From: Felis catus
Lineage: Eukaryota
Direction: 5' to 3'
Assembly (NCBI RefSeq): GCF_018350175.1
Contig: NC_058383.1
Coordinates: 14,448,001-14,512,000 of the forward strand
DNA length: 64,000 nt
Shown: piece by piece, positions 34,987 to 46,408 of the stretch
Numbering within the stretch: the stretch's first letter is position 1
Layout of the letters: every line of letters starts with the position of its first letter
Translations under genes and position numbers: made by a program
The notes under the pieces: generated by a model
The model's database searches: none
The model's input: only the letters and a program-made list of their open reading frames with translations
Told to the model about the DNA's origin: nothing

Positions 34987-35261
34987 AATCCCATCTTGAT
35001 TTATAATCTTAGATCACAGGTCTCTACGACAGGGCGAAATAGACTGATACACTCAAGAAACCACAGGCAGCGTCGATGGAGAGTATGGTGAACTTGAAAT
35101 AGGTGGGGGGAAGGCAAAGCAACAAAATTACTTGGTGGTCAGAAATAAATGGCCCATACCCACAGGGTCTGCTCCTCAACTTGGATGTCTTATTAAAATA
35201 CAAGCTGATGTCACCAAGACTGTGATAGGATGACAAGCTTATGAAAAATGCTTCCGGTACC

Positions 35262-35385
35262 GGGGTGCCTGGCTGGTTCAGTCGATTAAGTGTCTGACTC
35301 TTGATCTCAGTTCAGGTCTTGATCTCAGGGTGGTGAGTGCAAGCCCCGCGTTAGGGTCTGCACTGGGCATGAAACCTACTTAAAA
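35262..35385 (+). mobile_element. Short Can-SINE without a CT tract
   Basis: The tRNA-like head runs straight into the A tail. TSD aaaaatgcttcc(g/a)gtac at 35244-35260 and 35386-35402. Confidence 0.9.
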
Positions 35386-35457
35386 AAAAATGCTTCCAGT
35401 ACTGCCCGAGGAATAAAAGGGTGTTATCATCAATTCATGAACTCAAGAAGGTATGTG

Positions 35458-35458
<1 letters not shown>

Positions 35459-35501
<43 letters not shown>

Positions 35502-35549
35502 CAAAACAAAACAAAACCAAAAACCAAAAAAACAAAAAAACAAAAAACA
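35459..35549. repeat. Compound (AC)n-(AAAAC)n repeat
   Basis: Seen directly. Confidence 0.9.
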
Positions 35550-35945
35550 TCGAAAGTCCTGGAAATATTTTGTAACACAAAAGAATAAACTCATAAGAGC
35601 ATAAAGTTGCACCGGAATAATTTCTTACTTGAGACCAACGGAAAAGTTAGAAATCAATTATTACACATTCTCAACAAGGTAGAGGGGGGATTTATATCTG
35701 TTAATCATAGACAGGGTGGTACATCATAAGAAAATGGAATTAAGACTCTAAGAGACCATGAACTATTTTTGGGGGGTGCACTAAAAAATTTTAAAGGGCC
35801 CTGAAGAAGATAAATAGATAAACAAGAAAGATTTCCGAAGGATTGTGGGAAAAGACGACTGACATAGAGGTGTAATCGACGAAGAATAGGAGTGCCCAAA
35901 GAAAAAGAGAAAGAAACCTCTCCAAGGAAAAGAGGGCGAGAAGAA
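35550..35945 (+). mobile_element. Ancient L1 ORF1-like remnant
   Basis: A-rich. aggtgtaatcgacgaagaataggagtgcccaaagaaaaagag reads RCNRRRIGVPKEKE, similar to the ORF1 motif R.N.RIIG.PE.E. Confidence 0.5.
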
Positions 35946-36078
35946 TCTCCTCCCATCTGTTCAATTTCACCCTTCCTCTAGTGCTTTCTCAACAGAGCCA
36001 ACCAAGTGCAAACAAAAGCCCTTCAGTCCTTGTTGATGGTCAACGCGTTGGGAGCCACATTGATCCTTCCCAAAGAAC

Positions 36079-36594
36079 TGTGTTAGTCAGGGCAGGATAA
36101 GCTCCGCGGTGGTAACACCTTCACCCTGAATCTTGAGTTGCTTTAATACCTAAAAATTTTGTCTCATAAAAAGTCCAGCAAGAGCTTTGATACTCTCCAC
36201 GAAAGTCGCCTTCAAGGGATCATTTAGGAACCCAGTCTGCTTCCAACCAGGACACCCACAGTACCACGTCTCCGGGAAAATCCTGTAGTCCTGGCATGAT
36301 TATGGCAAGTGCCTCTTTCGCTCCCTGAAATGTGCATGTGAGTGCATTAAGTTACGTGGTCATCTTATCGTTGTACGATCTGGAACTGGCTTCCAGGTCA
36401 CTGCAGCAGGGAAGAGGGAAACTGGAGACCCTTGTGCCGATTGTGTTCCTAAATGCTTTGGCCCAGGTGCGATGCCTGCTGTTTGCACCTACCGCTCATT
36501 GGAATCACAGTGATTTATTCATCTCACTGTAGGGAGGCCAGGACACGAAGGCGGGCACACGGAGAGTCGACAAGCGGGAAATATCGCTGTCACA
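36079..36594 (-). mobile_element. MLT1J/K-like MaLR solo LTR
   Basis: tgtgttagtcagggcaggataagct...ctgtcaca has TG..CA ends and 5-bp flanks agaac/ataac. Confidence 0.6.
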
Positions 36595-37149
36595 ATAACC
36601 TTGGTAAAATCCGACATTAAAGGGAAAGAGCTACACAGATACAGCATCAAAATAATGAAGTCTCCAAGAACAGTCCCATAATTTGAGCCCATCCACTATA
36701 ACCGCAGAAGGGATCCAAACTCTGCCTGGTGTTTTTACACTACCTGCCTGGGTCCACACCAAACACCATCTCATTTTTTGACCCAACTGTGTATATATAG
36801 TTCTTGGACATCCTTTATTCTTCCTGATCAAAGCCACCTATCTAACTCCTCGCCTCCAGGGCCTTCATTACCATTCCATATCTATGGCTGACATTGGTTC
36901 GCTTGTTCTGAATCTTCTGCCTGGGCTCGCCTAAGGATATTATGGATGCGGAGTGAGTGAGCATTTGAGGAGTGGTCCGGTACCAGCAGGCCTGAAGCGG
37001 GAGGAGTGGCGACACAGATGTCCCTTTGTGAGTAGCCAGAGCCTTCAGGAAGAAATTATATAGCTGATAGGAAAGGTATAATTAGTTAGACCTAATCATA
37101 TTTAACAAACACTTATTCATCAATTACATGACGAATGAGCAAATGAACA

Positions 37150-37370
37150 CACATAATTATAAAGGTAAATATTTTTAGAACTTGAGTACCTCTGAGAAGG
37201 AGAATGGAACTTCTTTTCAAATGCCCGTGAATCAGTCACAAAAAAATTGATTGTATCCTAGCCTGCAAAATTGTCATAGATCTTAAAAAGCACAAATGTT
37301 TCAGATCTGGCTCTCTGATCACAGTATCGCCAAACCAGAAATCGGTAACATGGGATTAAATGAAAAGAGC
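37150..37370 (+). mobile_element. Ancient L1 ORF2 endonuclease remnant
   Basis: FFSNARESVTK / IDCIL / WLSDHSIAKPEIGN resemble FFSSAHGTFSKIDHIL...FSDHNGIKLEIN. Confidence 0.65.
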
Positions 37371-37399
37371 ACGGGGGGAAAGAAGTGTTGGCCTTCTCT

Positions 37400-37567
37400 G
37401 GGCGCCTGGGTGGCTCAGTCAGTTAAGCATCCGGCTCTTGATTTCAGCTCAGATCATGATCTCACAGTTCATGGGATCGAGCCCCACGTCAGGCTCCATG
37501 CTGACAGCGTGAAACCTGCTTAGGATTGTCTCTCCCTGTCTCTCTGCCCCTCCCCTGCTTGCACGTG

Positions 37568-37608
<41 letters not shown>

Positions 37609-37627
37609 AAATAAATAAGCTTTAAAA
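37400..37627 (+). mobile_element. Can-SINE (older)
   Basis: Head, (CT)n and aataaataaa tail. Confidence 0.93.
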
Positions 37628-38643
37628 CATGTAGTGTTTAAAGATGCCCCAAATACAGCATCGTTGGTCAAAGGAGAACACCAAGAAAATCCATAAAAGC
37701 TGCTAAAAAAATAATAAGCGGAAACAGTACTTGTCAGAACCCCAAGGAATGTTGCTCAAGTACTGCTCAAAGGGTAGGCGGCTTTCGTGGCCGTAATTGT
37801 GTGTGGTGCTGGGGGGTCAGGAATCCCATGTCTCCACCCCTGTACTCTGTTCCACATCCGCTTCATCCAGGAGTTCCCTCTGGGCACCCTCAGGCTGTCT
37901 GCCGGCAATACCTACTTTCTATGCCCATTGCCTGCCCTCATGTAGTCCCCTGTTTCCACCCATGTAGGATTTTCCAGCAATCTCCTGTTTCTAAAACAGG
38001 GACGGGCCTGCTGTTCCCCTGTGAGAAACATGTACTGTATCCCTACTGCTGTCAGGTTGAAATCTGTCCTCTGTGGGTGGGCCCTTCAAGGCCCCTCCCA
38101 CGGAGGACCCCAGTCGGACGCACTGGATTTCGAGATCCCAGCTCACGTGCCAGCTGGCCTCGAACTTACAAGTAACCGATCGTTCAGTCCAGCCCACACT
38201 TCCCACCTTGCTCATGGTTGGTGTGAAAGTGTTAGATTGTAGACCGACGCACGTCTGTTGACTTGTCTTTTCCCCCCGGTAACTTTTAAACTGCTTTCCC
38301 CTATTCTTCCACGTCCCTGAATTGCTTTGCCCCTCGTCTTCCTCGCTGGGCCCCCGCACAGGGCTCTCAGGACAGAAATACAAGACAAACACGTGCTACG
38401 TGACAGAGAACACTTCTCAGGTCCTAGAGCAGATGTAGGCATCCAAAGGGCGGTTCCTCTTGTTGGTGTTAATATATTAAACTCTTGGGAAAAGGGGAGA
38501 AACTCCATATTACCGTGAAAGTGCCACAGGAATTCAGAGAAAGAGGAGGATCATGGTGTAGAATGACCCAGGGTGCCATGATATGTTGCTGGCTTGGCAG
38601 AGGGAAAACCCTGGAACGGTGAAGGAGCTCATGGCCTGGGATT

Positions 38644-38746
38644 TCTGGCTGGAGGGATATGATCCAAAGAAGAGAGAGGGAGTAAGTGTGGGAGGGATCA
38701 TATCTGGCTGGAGGGATGTGATCCGAAGAAGAGAGAGGGAGTAAGT
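38644..38746. repeat. 44-bp direct repeat with 15-bp spacer
   Basis: 38644-38687 and 38703-38746 are 42/44 identical. Confidence 0.92.
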
Positions 38747-39910
38747 AAGACAATGGAGGGGCTGCCTTAGCTGAGGGGAGAGTCCCCAAAGGGGAACCCA
38801 GGACCTGAGTTTGGACGGTTCCCACAGCCACCCCCCAATCACAATTTGGGGCACGTGGGCCAAATCTCATATCTGTAAAACATCAGCGATTGAAGCCACC
38901 AGTGTCATTCAGACCAAAGTAGGGTTTCTTACATTCTTTGAAAACGTTCAGCCGGCTCAACAATGTCTATAAGTTCCAATGGAATATCCCCCCCAATGTA
39001 GAAGTCTTTATCTACTGTTTGCAAACTTGACTAAGAGAGTGAGGTCAGACCTGAGTTCGTGTGAGTGGGAGAAGAGAGAATTCGGCTGAATTGTTTGGAT
39101 TTTTCTCTGTGTTGGTTTTCATCCCACACCGCACAGAGGCTAAGTCTAGTACAACACATACCCCATCCTAAGGGCTGTGCATATGGAAATAGCCCTTGAG
39201 GCGCTCAGAATTAGTCACTTTATATCGTGCATAATTACCCTGCCCACATTTCGGTATGGGCGACTCGCCTTCAGCTCATGCCCTTCGTGCGTTCAGTTAA
39301 AATTAGTTAAATCAAAAGAATGTGTGGAAAAGAGATTGTGTTTAGCAAGCCATTGTGCTGATATCTGATTAAGTGTAAGCTTTCCAGCCTGCTGTGTCAA
39401 TGAGATGTGCTCTCGTATTAATAAGCTGCAAATTCTAAATAATTGCTTGATAGAATGAGAACCTGAAGCTGTGGCTTCCTTTCCAGAATGTTGATTATTC
39501 CCCTCCCAGAAGGCAAGAGGACCCATTCCTGCAGACGCTTCCCTTTGGGAAGAAAGGGACATTTCTGTCCTGGCACATTGACAGAGAAGACTAAAACTTT
39601 CCTTGGGGACTCTTTTGTTTCCTTTCGTCCGAGCTTCTGGTTTAGTCCCGCGTCTGCAGACCTCAGCTGGGCAAGGTGAAGGCTCCCGCATGAGCCACTC
39701 CTATTTGCCAGGCCCCCTGAATGACAGCTACTTCTCTTTCTGGTCAGAGAATGGAAATTCTGTTTCCTAAGCCAGCAGAGTCCCCACAGATAAACAGAGT
39801 TTCCCCGGAGGGTGGCGGGGGGGGGGGGGGGCTGGGGGGGTGTCATAACCCAAAGGTGGACGACCTGGCCACCCTCTCTCTCTGATCTCTAGGATCTAGC
39901 AGACATTTTT

Positions 39911-40131
39911 TAAAAAATTTTTTTTTCAACGTTTGTTTATTTTTGGGACAGAGAGAGACAGAGCATGAATGGGGGAGGGCCAGAGAGAGAGAGGGAGACA
40001 CAGAATTGGAAACAGGCTCCAGGCTCCGAGCCATCAGCCCAGAGCCTGAAGCGGGGCTCGAACTCACGGACCGCGAGATCGTGACCTGGCTGAAGTCGGA
40101 CGCTTAACCGACTGCGCCACCCAGGCGCCCC
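39911..40131 (-). mobile_element. Young Can-SINE
   Basis: Perfect TSD tagcagacattttt at 39897-39910 and 40132-40145. Confidence 0.97.
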
Positions 40132-42295
40132 TAGCAGACATTTTTGATGCAAAGAGGCTCAGCTCTGAATCCAAGCCAGCACTGGTTGTTGGTTCCAATT
40201 AAAAAGCAATTGCATTCCCAGTAATTCAAGGCTGCAGCCAAAAATACAGCATGTTCAGAAAAGCATGATCGTTTTTGAGAGGCAGTAACTCCATAAAGGG
40301 CTAGATGCTGCCAGGGAAGGCTAATGATGGTGCATGTGTATGTGATAAAAATTCTGAAGTTCAAAGACGAAACCATAGTAAATGATTTACTTTATTTGTA
40401 GATGGCACTGAGGGTTTCCTGTTGCTCTCTTTTTTTTTTGTTTTCTGCTCCAGCATTAAGCAGCCCATTTATTAGAGGACACATAGAAATTGACCTTTGT
40501 CAGACAGCAAGGAAACAGGGCAATCATATTAAGGAAATCAAAAGCGAAAATGCCAAAGGGTCTGCATGAACCAGCCCTGGGAAGCAGTGTCATTCTGTAG
40601 GTGCGTCAGCCAGATCAGCATCTGTCCTATCTCTGCTTTCTTGGAGGACCAATAAGGACCCAGAGCTGGAAGAGGCATTCCAGATCATTACGTACGGTCT
40701 CCTCCACTGGTTGAATGGTTATGTCTGGGTATTTCTAGTAACCTTCTCTCTCTGGCTTGCCTCCGGAACACAGAATTTCAGACAGTCGTGAACCCTGATT
40801 TTTTTTTCAGGTCTAGCTCACTGTAAGATCTGGGCGAAGTCGCTGAACCTCTTTGGGTGGGTGTTGGGAGTTGTGACTCATTTTAGTTTGCTCCTCTTGG
40901 TTCACGATTTTACAATAAAACGGTTCGACCTCATCTCCATCGAAATTAACATTTCAAAACAAAACGGCCCCCTTAATCTCCCTTTTGTGTGTCTGTATGT
41001 ACCTATTAAGTGGGGCCAAGTCCAGTTTCTCTTCCAGCTGGAAAGAGCCAAGAGATCACCCCCGGGGGTCATTTCTAACCTCACACGTCTAGTTTTCCTT
41101 AAGGAGGGAAGGATGACTGCTTCCTACCAAGACAGCTTGTTTCAAGACCAGCGTGACTGGCAAGAATCTTCCGGCACCACCGTGGTAGTTTCTAGCGGGG
41201 TAGTGTCTTGTGGAGAGGATCATTGCCCCCAAGGGAAGGTGCCAGGCAGGGGAGGGGGTGGGGGGTGTGATGGAGCAACAGCACCCGCAGAGGGCTTAGC
41301 TCATTGCCAGTGCTTCATGTAACCGAACAGACTGTTTGTCGTATTCAATTTCAGATGTGATTGTTCAGTCAGGACCTTATCCAGACTGGCTTCCAACCCA
41401 CTAGCCCGTTCTGCCCCCTCGTCCTGGGGTCTGTGATTCTGTTGTTTTCCCAGCCCTGCGTCCACTGGCCGGCCCCTGCCAGGTCACCTAGGTTGTTGGC
41501 CACAGGTGTGGCTTTTCCAGCCCGTGGAGCAGATTCAAGCATTCTGGCTCCCTCTTCTGTCTACTCTTGAGAAGCAGAGTGTTTCCTGCTTTCTTATTCG
41601 CTTACTCTACATCAACTTCTTTTCTATCCAGTGGACTCTAATGAATGCGGCCATGAGAAGAGGCGTGGCCTCTACTTGGCTTGGTGGGAGGAGAGCAAAG
41701 AGGCTTTCTCTGATGATTCCAGGGGGCATCACCCTCACCTCTCCCACCTCTGACAGCACAGGCAGCAGGAAGAGCCCCGAGGTCGGAGTCTGAAACCCAG
41801 GTCCCAGTGCTGAATGTGGGATCTTGATGGGCCAAGACCGTGCCTCTGCCAAATGGAGCAAGTGCCTGTTCACCTGACCTCACAGGTGGATGGGATGGGA
41901 GGCCCCAAGATGATACATATGGCGGCACCATGGGAACTGTTACCATCTGCACACCTGTGCCCAGAAGGTGGTCTCCCAGCCTCTGCCTCAACCAGATGAG
42001 AATGGTGCTCGGACAAGAATCTGGGAGTGTTTGTGGGGCCTGAGATGGACAGTTCATGTTGGTACCTCAAGAGAAGCTTGAAGTCTTCCAAATCCAAGAT
42101 TCCTTATCCTCCTTTCTCTTCAGGAACTTGATGGCTTCTCTTGTCCTCCTTTCTTCGACCCTTCCCTCTCCTTTTAAATTGGCCAGTCTCCTCCCCTTCT
42201 AGCTTCAGTTTTTTTCTCCCTCTGTTCCTGGCTCCCAGAAATGGGGAAATGGGGCTCCCACCACCCCTTCCTTCAGATTTCCTCCCTCTGTCTCC

Positions 42296-42327
42296 TCTGG
42301 ATGGCTCGTCTGGATGGCTCGTCTGGA
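42296..42327. repeat. 13-bp tandem duplication
   Basis: tctggatggctcg x2 plus tctgga. Confidence 0.9.
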
Positions 42328-42343
42328 ACTGTCTTCCCTTCAA

Positions 42344-42545
42344 CGTTTTTATTTATTTTTGGGACAGAGAGAGACAGAGCATGAACGGGGGAGGGGCAGA
42401 GAGAGAGGGAGACACAGAATCGGAAACAGGCTCCAGGCTCCGAGCCATCAGCCCAGAGCCTGACATGGGGCTCGAACTCACGGAGCACGAGATCGTGACC
42501 TGGCTGAAGTTGGACACCTAACCGACTGCGCCACCCAGGCGCCCC
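42344..42545 (-). mobile_element. Young Can-SINE lacking a poly-A tail
   Basis: Perfect 18-bp TSD gaactgtcttcccttcaa at 42326-42343 and 42546-42563. Confidence 0.97.
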
Positions 42546-42733
42546 GAACTGTCTTCCCTTCAATCACCAGAGACTTTGTGTGAACATTTTGAGTTCTTGT
42601 CCTCCTGAACCGTCCTGGCCTTTTTCTCCTTTTTGGTCTTCCCTTGCCATCCTCTTTCTCCTTCTCCTGAGGGAATCTGCTTTCTAGTTCAAGAAAGAGC
42701 CAAAAGGTAGCTTGGCTTAATCATCCTTCTCTG

Positions 42734-44829
42734 AGCTTTCCCCCTGAGATCAGGAACACGACAGGGATGTCCACTCTCACCTCTGTTGTTTAACATAGTG
42801 TTGGAAGTTCTAGCATCAGCAATCAGACAACAAAAGGAAATCAAAGGCATCAAAATTGGCAAGGATGAAGTCAAGCTTTCACTTTTTGCAGGTGACATTA
42901 TACATGGAAAACCCAATAGACTCCGCCAAAAGTCTGCTAGAACGGATACACGAATTCAGCAAAGTTGCAGGATACAAAATCAAAGTACAGAAATCAATTG
43001 CATTCTTATACACTAATAATGAAGCAACAGAAAGACAAATAAAGAAAGTGATCCCATTCACAATTGCACCAAGAAGCATAAAATACCTAGGAATAAACCT
43101 AACCAAAGATGTAAAAGATCTGTATGTTGAAAACTATAAAAAGCTTATGAAGGAAATTGAAGAAGATATAAAGAAATGGAAAAACATTCCGTGCTCATGG
43201 GTTGGAAGAATAAATATTGTTAAAATATCAATACTACCCAAAGCTATCTACACATTCAATGCAATCCCAATCAAAATTGCACCAGCATTCTTCTCGAAGC
43301 TAGAACAAGCAATCCTAAAATCTGTATGGAACCATAAAAGACCCCAAATAGCCAAAGTAATATTGAAGAAGACCAAAGCGGGAGGCATCACAATCCCAGA
43401 CTTTAGCCTCTACTACAAAGCTGTAATCATCAAGACAGCATGGTATTGGCACAAAAACAGACAGGCAGACCAATGGAACAGAATAGAGACTCCAGAGTTG
43501 GACCCATGAAAGTACAGCCAACTCATCTTTGACAAAGCAGGAAAGAATATCCAGTGGAAAAAAGACAGTCTCTGTAACAAGTAGTGCTGGGAGAACTGGA
43601 CAGCAACATGCAGAAGGTTGAAACTAGACCACTTTCTCATACCATTCACAAAAATAAACTCAAAATGGATGAAGGACCTGAATGTGAGACAGGAAACCAT
43701 CAAAACCCTAGAGGAGAAAGCAGGAAAAAAACCTCTCTGACCTCAGCCGCAGCAATTTCTTACTTGACACATCTCCAAAGGCAAGGGAATTAAAAGCAAA
43801 AATGAACTATTGGGGCCTCATGAAGAGAAAAAGCTTCTGCACTGCAAAGGAAACAACCAACAAAACTAAAAGGCAACCCACAGAATGGGAAAAGATATTT
43901 ACAAATGATGTATCGGACAAAGGGCTAGTATCCAAAATCTATAAAGAACTCACCAAACTCCACGCCCGAAAAACAAATAATCCAATGAAGAAATGGGCAG
44001 AAAACATGAATAGACACTTCTCTAAAGAAGACATCCAGATGGCCAACAGGCACATGAAAAGATGCTCAACATCGCTCCTCATCAGGGAAATACATATCAA
44101 AACCACACTGAGATATCACCTCATGCCAGTCAGAGTGGCTAAAATGAACAAATCAGGAGACTACAGATGCTGGCGAGGATGTGGAGAAACGGGAACCCTC
44201 TCTCACTGTTGGTGGGAATGCAAACTGGTGCAGCCGCTCTGGAAAACAGTGTGGAGGTTCCTCAAAAAATTAAGAATAGACCTACCCTATGACTCAGCAG
44301 TAGCACTGCTAGGAATTTACCCAAGGGATACAGGAGTGCTGAGGCATAGGGGCACTTGTACCCCAATGTTTATAGCAGCACTCTCAACAATAGCCCAATG
44401 ATGGAAAGAACCTAAATGTCCATCCACTGATGAATGGATAAAGAAGTTGTGGTTTATATACACAATGGAATACTACATGGCAATGAGAAAGAATGAAATC
44501 TGGCCTTTTGTAGCAACGTGGATGGAACTGGAGAGTGTTTTGCTAAGTGAAATAAGTCATACAGAGAAAGACAGATACCATATATTTTCACTCTTATGTG
44601 GATTCTGAGAAACTCAACAGAAGACCACGGGGGAGGGGAAGGAAAAAAAAAAGTTAGAGAGAAAGGGAGCCAAAACATAAGAGGCTCTTAAAAACTGAGA
44701 ATACACTGAGGGTTGATTGGGGGTGGAAGAGGGGGGAAGTGGGTGATGGGCATTGAGGAGGGCACCTGTTGGGATGAGCTCTGGGTGTTGTATGGAAACC
44801 AATTTGATGATAAATTTCATATTTAAAAA
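42734..44829 (+). mobile_element. Young felid L1, 5'-truncated (2.1 kb), disrupted ORF2 C-terminal half plus 3' UTR
   Basis: [26 protein letters not shown] (FADD mutated), and CWRGCGE..HCWWEC, with stops and frameshifts. Perfect 15-bp TSD aatcatccttctctg at 42719-42733 and 44830-44844. Confidence 0.97.
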
Positions 44830-46137
44830 AATCATCCTTCTCTGTTAATTGGAAGAAGATGTCCTATTCTTGAACTTGTCTGGTAGGGGGTTAAAAGTCA
44901 GAAAGCAAAAAGACCTAGATTTTCCATGGGAAAAAAAAAAAGACAACATGCCCCCTTTAAGAATGGGAGCTCACCCCCACATGTAGCCAATCACGCACCG
45001 GTCGCCTAAGATGCATCCTCCATTCTCAACATTATCTTGACCCCTTGATTGGGGAATGGATGGAGGGGGGCCTTCTCTGCCGTGTGCAGAACCCTGGACT
45101 CATAGATTCACGGTAGCCCTGGAGGTTCTCTCTGCAGATGGTTCTATAGACTAGAGTCAAACTTTGTCCACGCTCAGTGGCCAAGGGGAGGCGAGACTGT
45201 CGACAGCTGTCCACACACTTTCCACTTTAAGTGGAGACTGCATCCATGGGTCTGGTGCCTAAGGTTTGCGTTTGGCCACAGGTCCCTCTCTGGAGAGTGG
45301 GTGTGGAAGGTTGCCTCTGTCAACCAAGAAAACACTTGCTCTCCGGCCACTTCCGCCTGGGGACTCCCGCATGCAGCTGGAAGTGGGACCCTTGTCAGTC
45401 TCTTTATCCTTTCATCAGTGTGACTGAGATTCCAAAGAAGGGAGGCAAGTGACGTTTCGCCCCTCTCCCCTTTCCCCTGGGAAAGTTGGATGTGTGCAAG
45501 GACATAGGTCCCATCGCTTTCCTTCTGCTGTTATATGTGGGGGAATGTGAATCTCTTGGCTTCCCTCTTGCATCAATACATTGCTCATTTTTCACAATTT
45601 CTGAAAGTTTTTCGAGACCATTCGTCTCACTCAGAGAGTCATTTTGAAATAAGACGGGGAGAATTGATAGGAAAAGGCACCAAACCCATTTGACAGAAAA
45701 GGAATGATTGTCAGAAGCATGAAGCCTTTCCGGGGTCAAGTTTCCGCTCACCTCTTCAGCATTCTGCTTGTCCTTCTTTCCTGGCATCAGAAAGCACGTC
45801 CCCCCCTTTGGATAAATATCAGGTTTGTTCTGATTCTCAATTCACATAAGCTTGCAAATTCAGATCACACTTGAAGACCAAATTACTGCCTTTGGGACAA
45901 TGGCCTTTGTCTGATTGCTAATTGGGGATTTAGTAAATAGCCCAAGAGACAGGATTTGGGTCCCAGATTTCATTGGGCTGCATTTTTTAGAAACACAGTT
46001 AATTATACGCTTAAGTCATGTATTCAAATGCAGATAGGAGAGATACCACATTCCCACATTTTAATTGGATCTTTAGGTAGAGAGAGTTTCAACTGTGTAT
46101 TCATTCAGTGTGAACACACTTTCATTTTAATGCCTGG

Positions 46138-46176
<39 letters not shown>

Positions 46177-46199
46177 TGCCTAATATCCATGCCCTTGTA

Positions 46200-46408
46200 G
46201 CACCCTGAACATCTTCTTTTCTTCTCATTGTACTTGATCCTTGTGACAGCTTCATCAGTATCCTTATCTGTTACATTGCAAACTCCCTAAGAAAAGGGTC
46301 TGTATCTATTTTATTTATCAGTGCGCCCCCTGGTATCTGGCATGTTGTAGGCCTTAACAAATTTTTGTGACATGGATGGATGGAAGGATGGATGGATGGA
46401 CGGATGGA
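46200..46408 (+). mobile_element. L2 3' end with (TGGA)n tail
   Basis: attgcaaactccctaagaaaaggg...gtaggccttaacaaatttttg then (tgga)n. Confidence 0.65.

Noticed and set aside
38550..38850. Possible ERVL gag remnant, or a repeat-spacer (CRISPR-like) unit
   Set aside because: Similarity to gag is too weak to call. There are only two repeat copies, in mammalian DNA, with no cas genes.
40790..40816. Strong acceptor ctgattttttttttcag
   Set aside because: No convincing partner donor or coding frame found nearby.
42856..44401. 217-aa and 199-aa ORFs as an active reverse transcriptase gene
   Set aside because: Pieces of a 5'-truncated L1 ORF2 with FADD changed to FAGD, plus stops and frameshifts.
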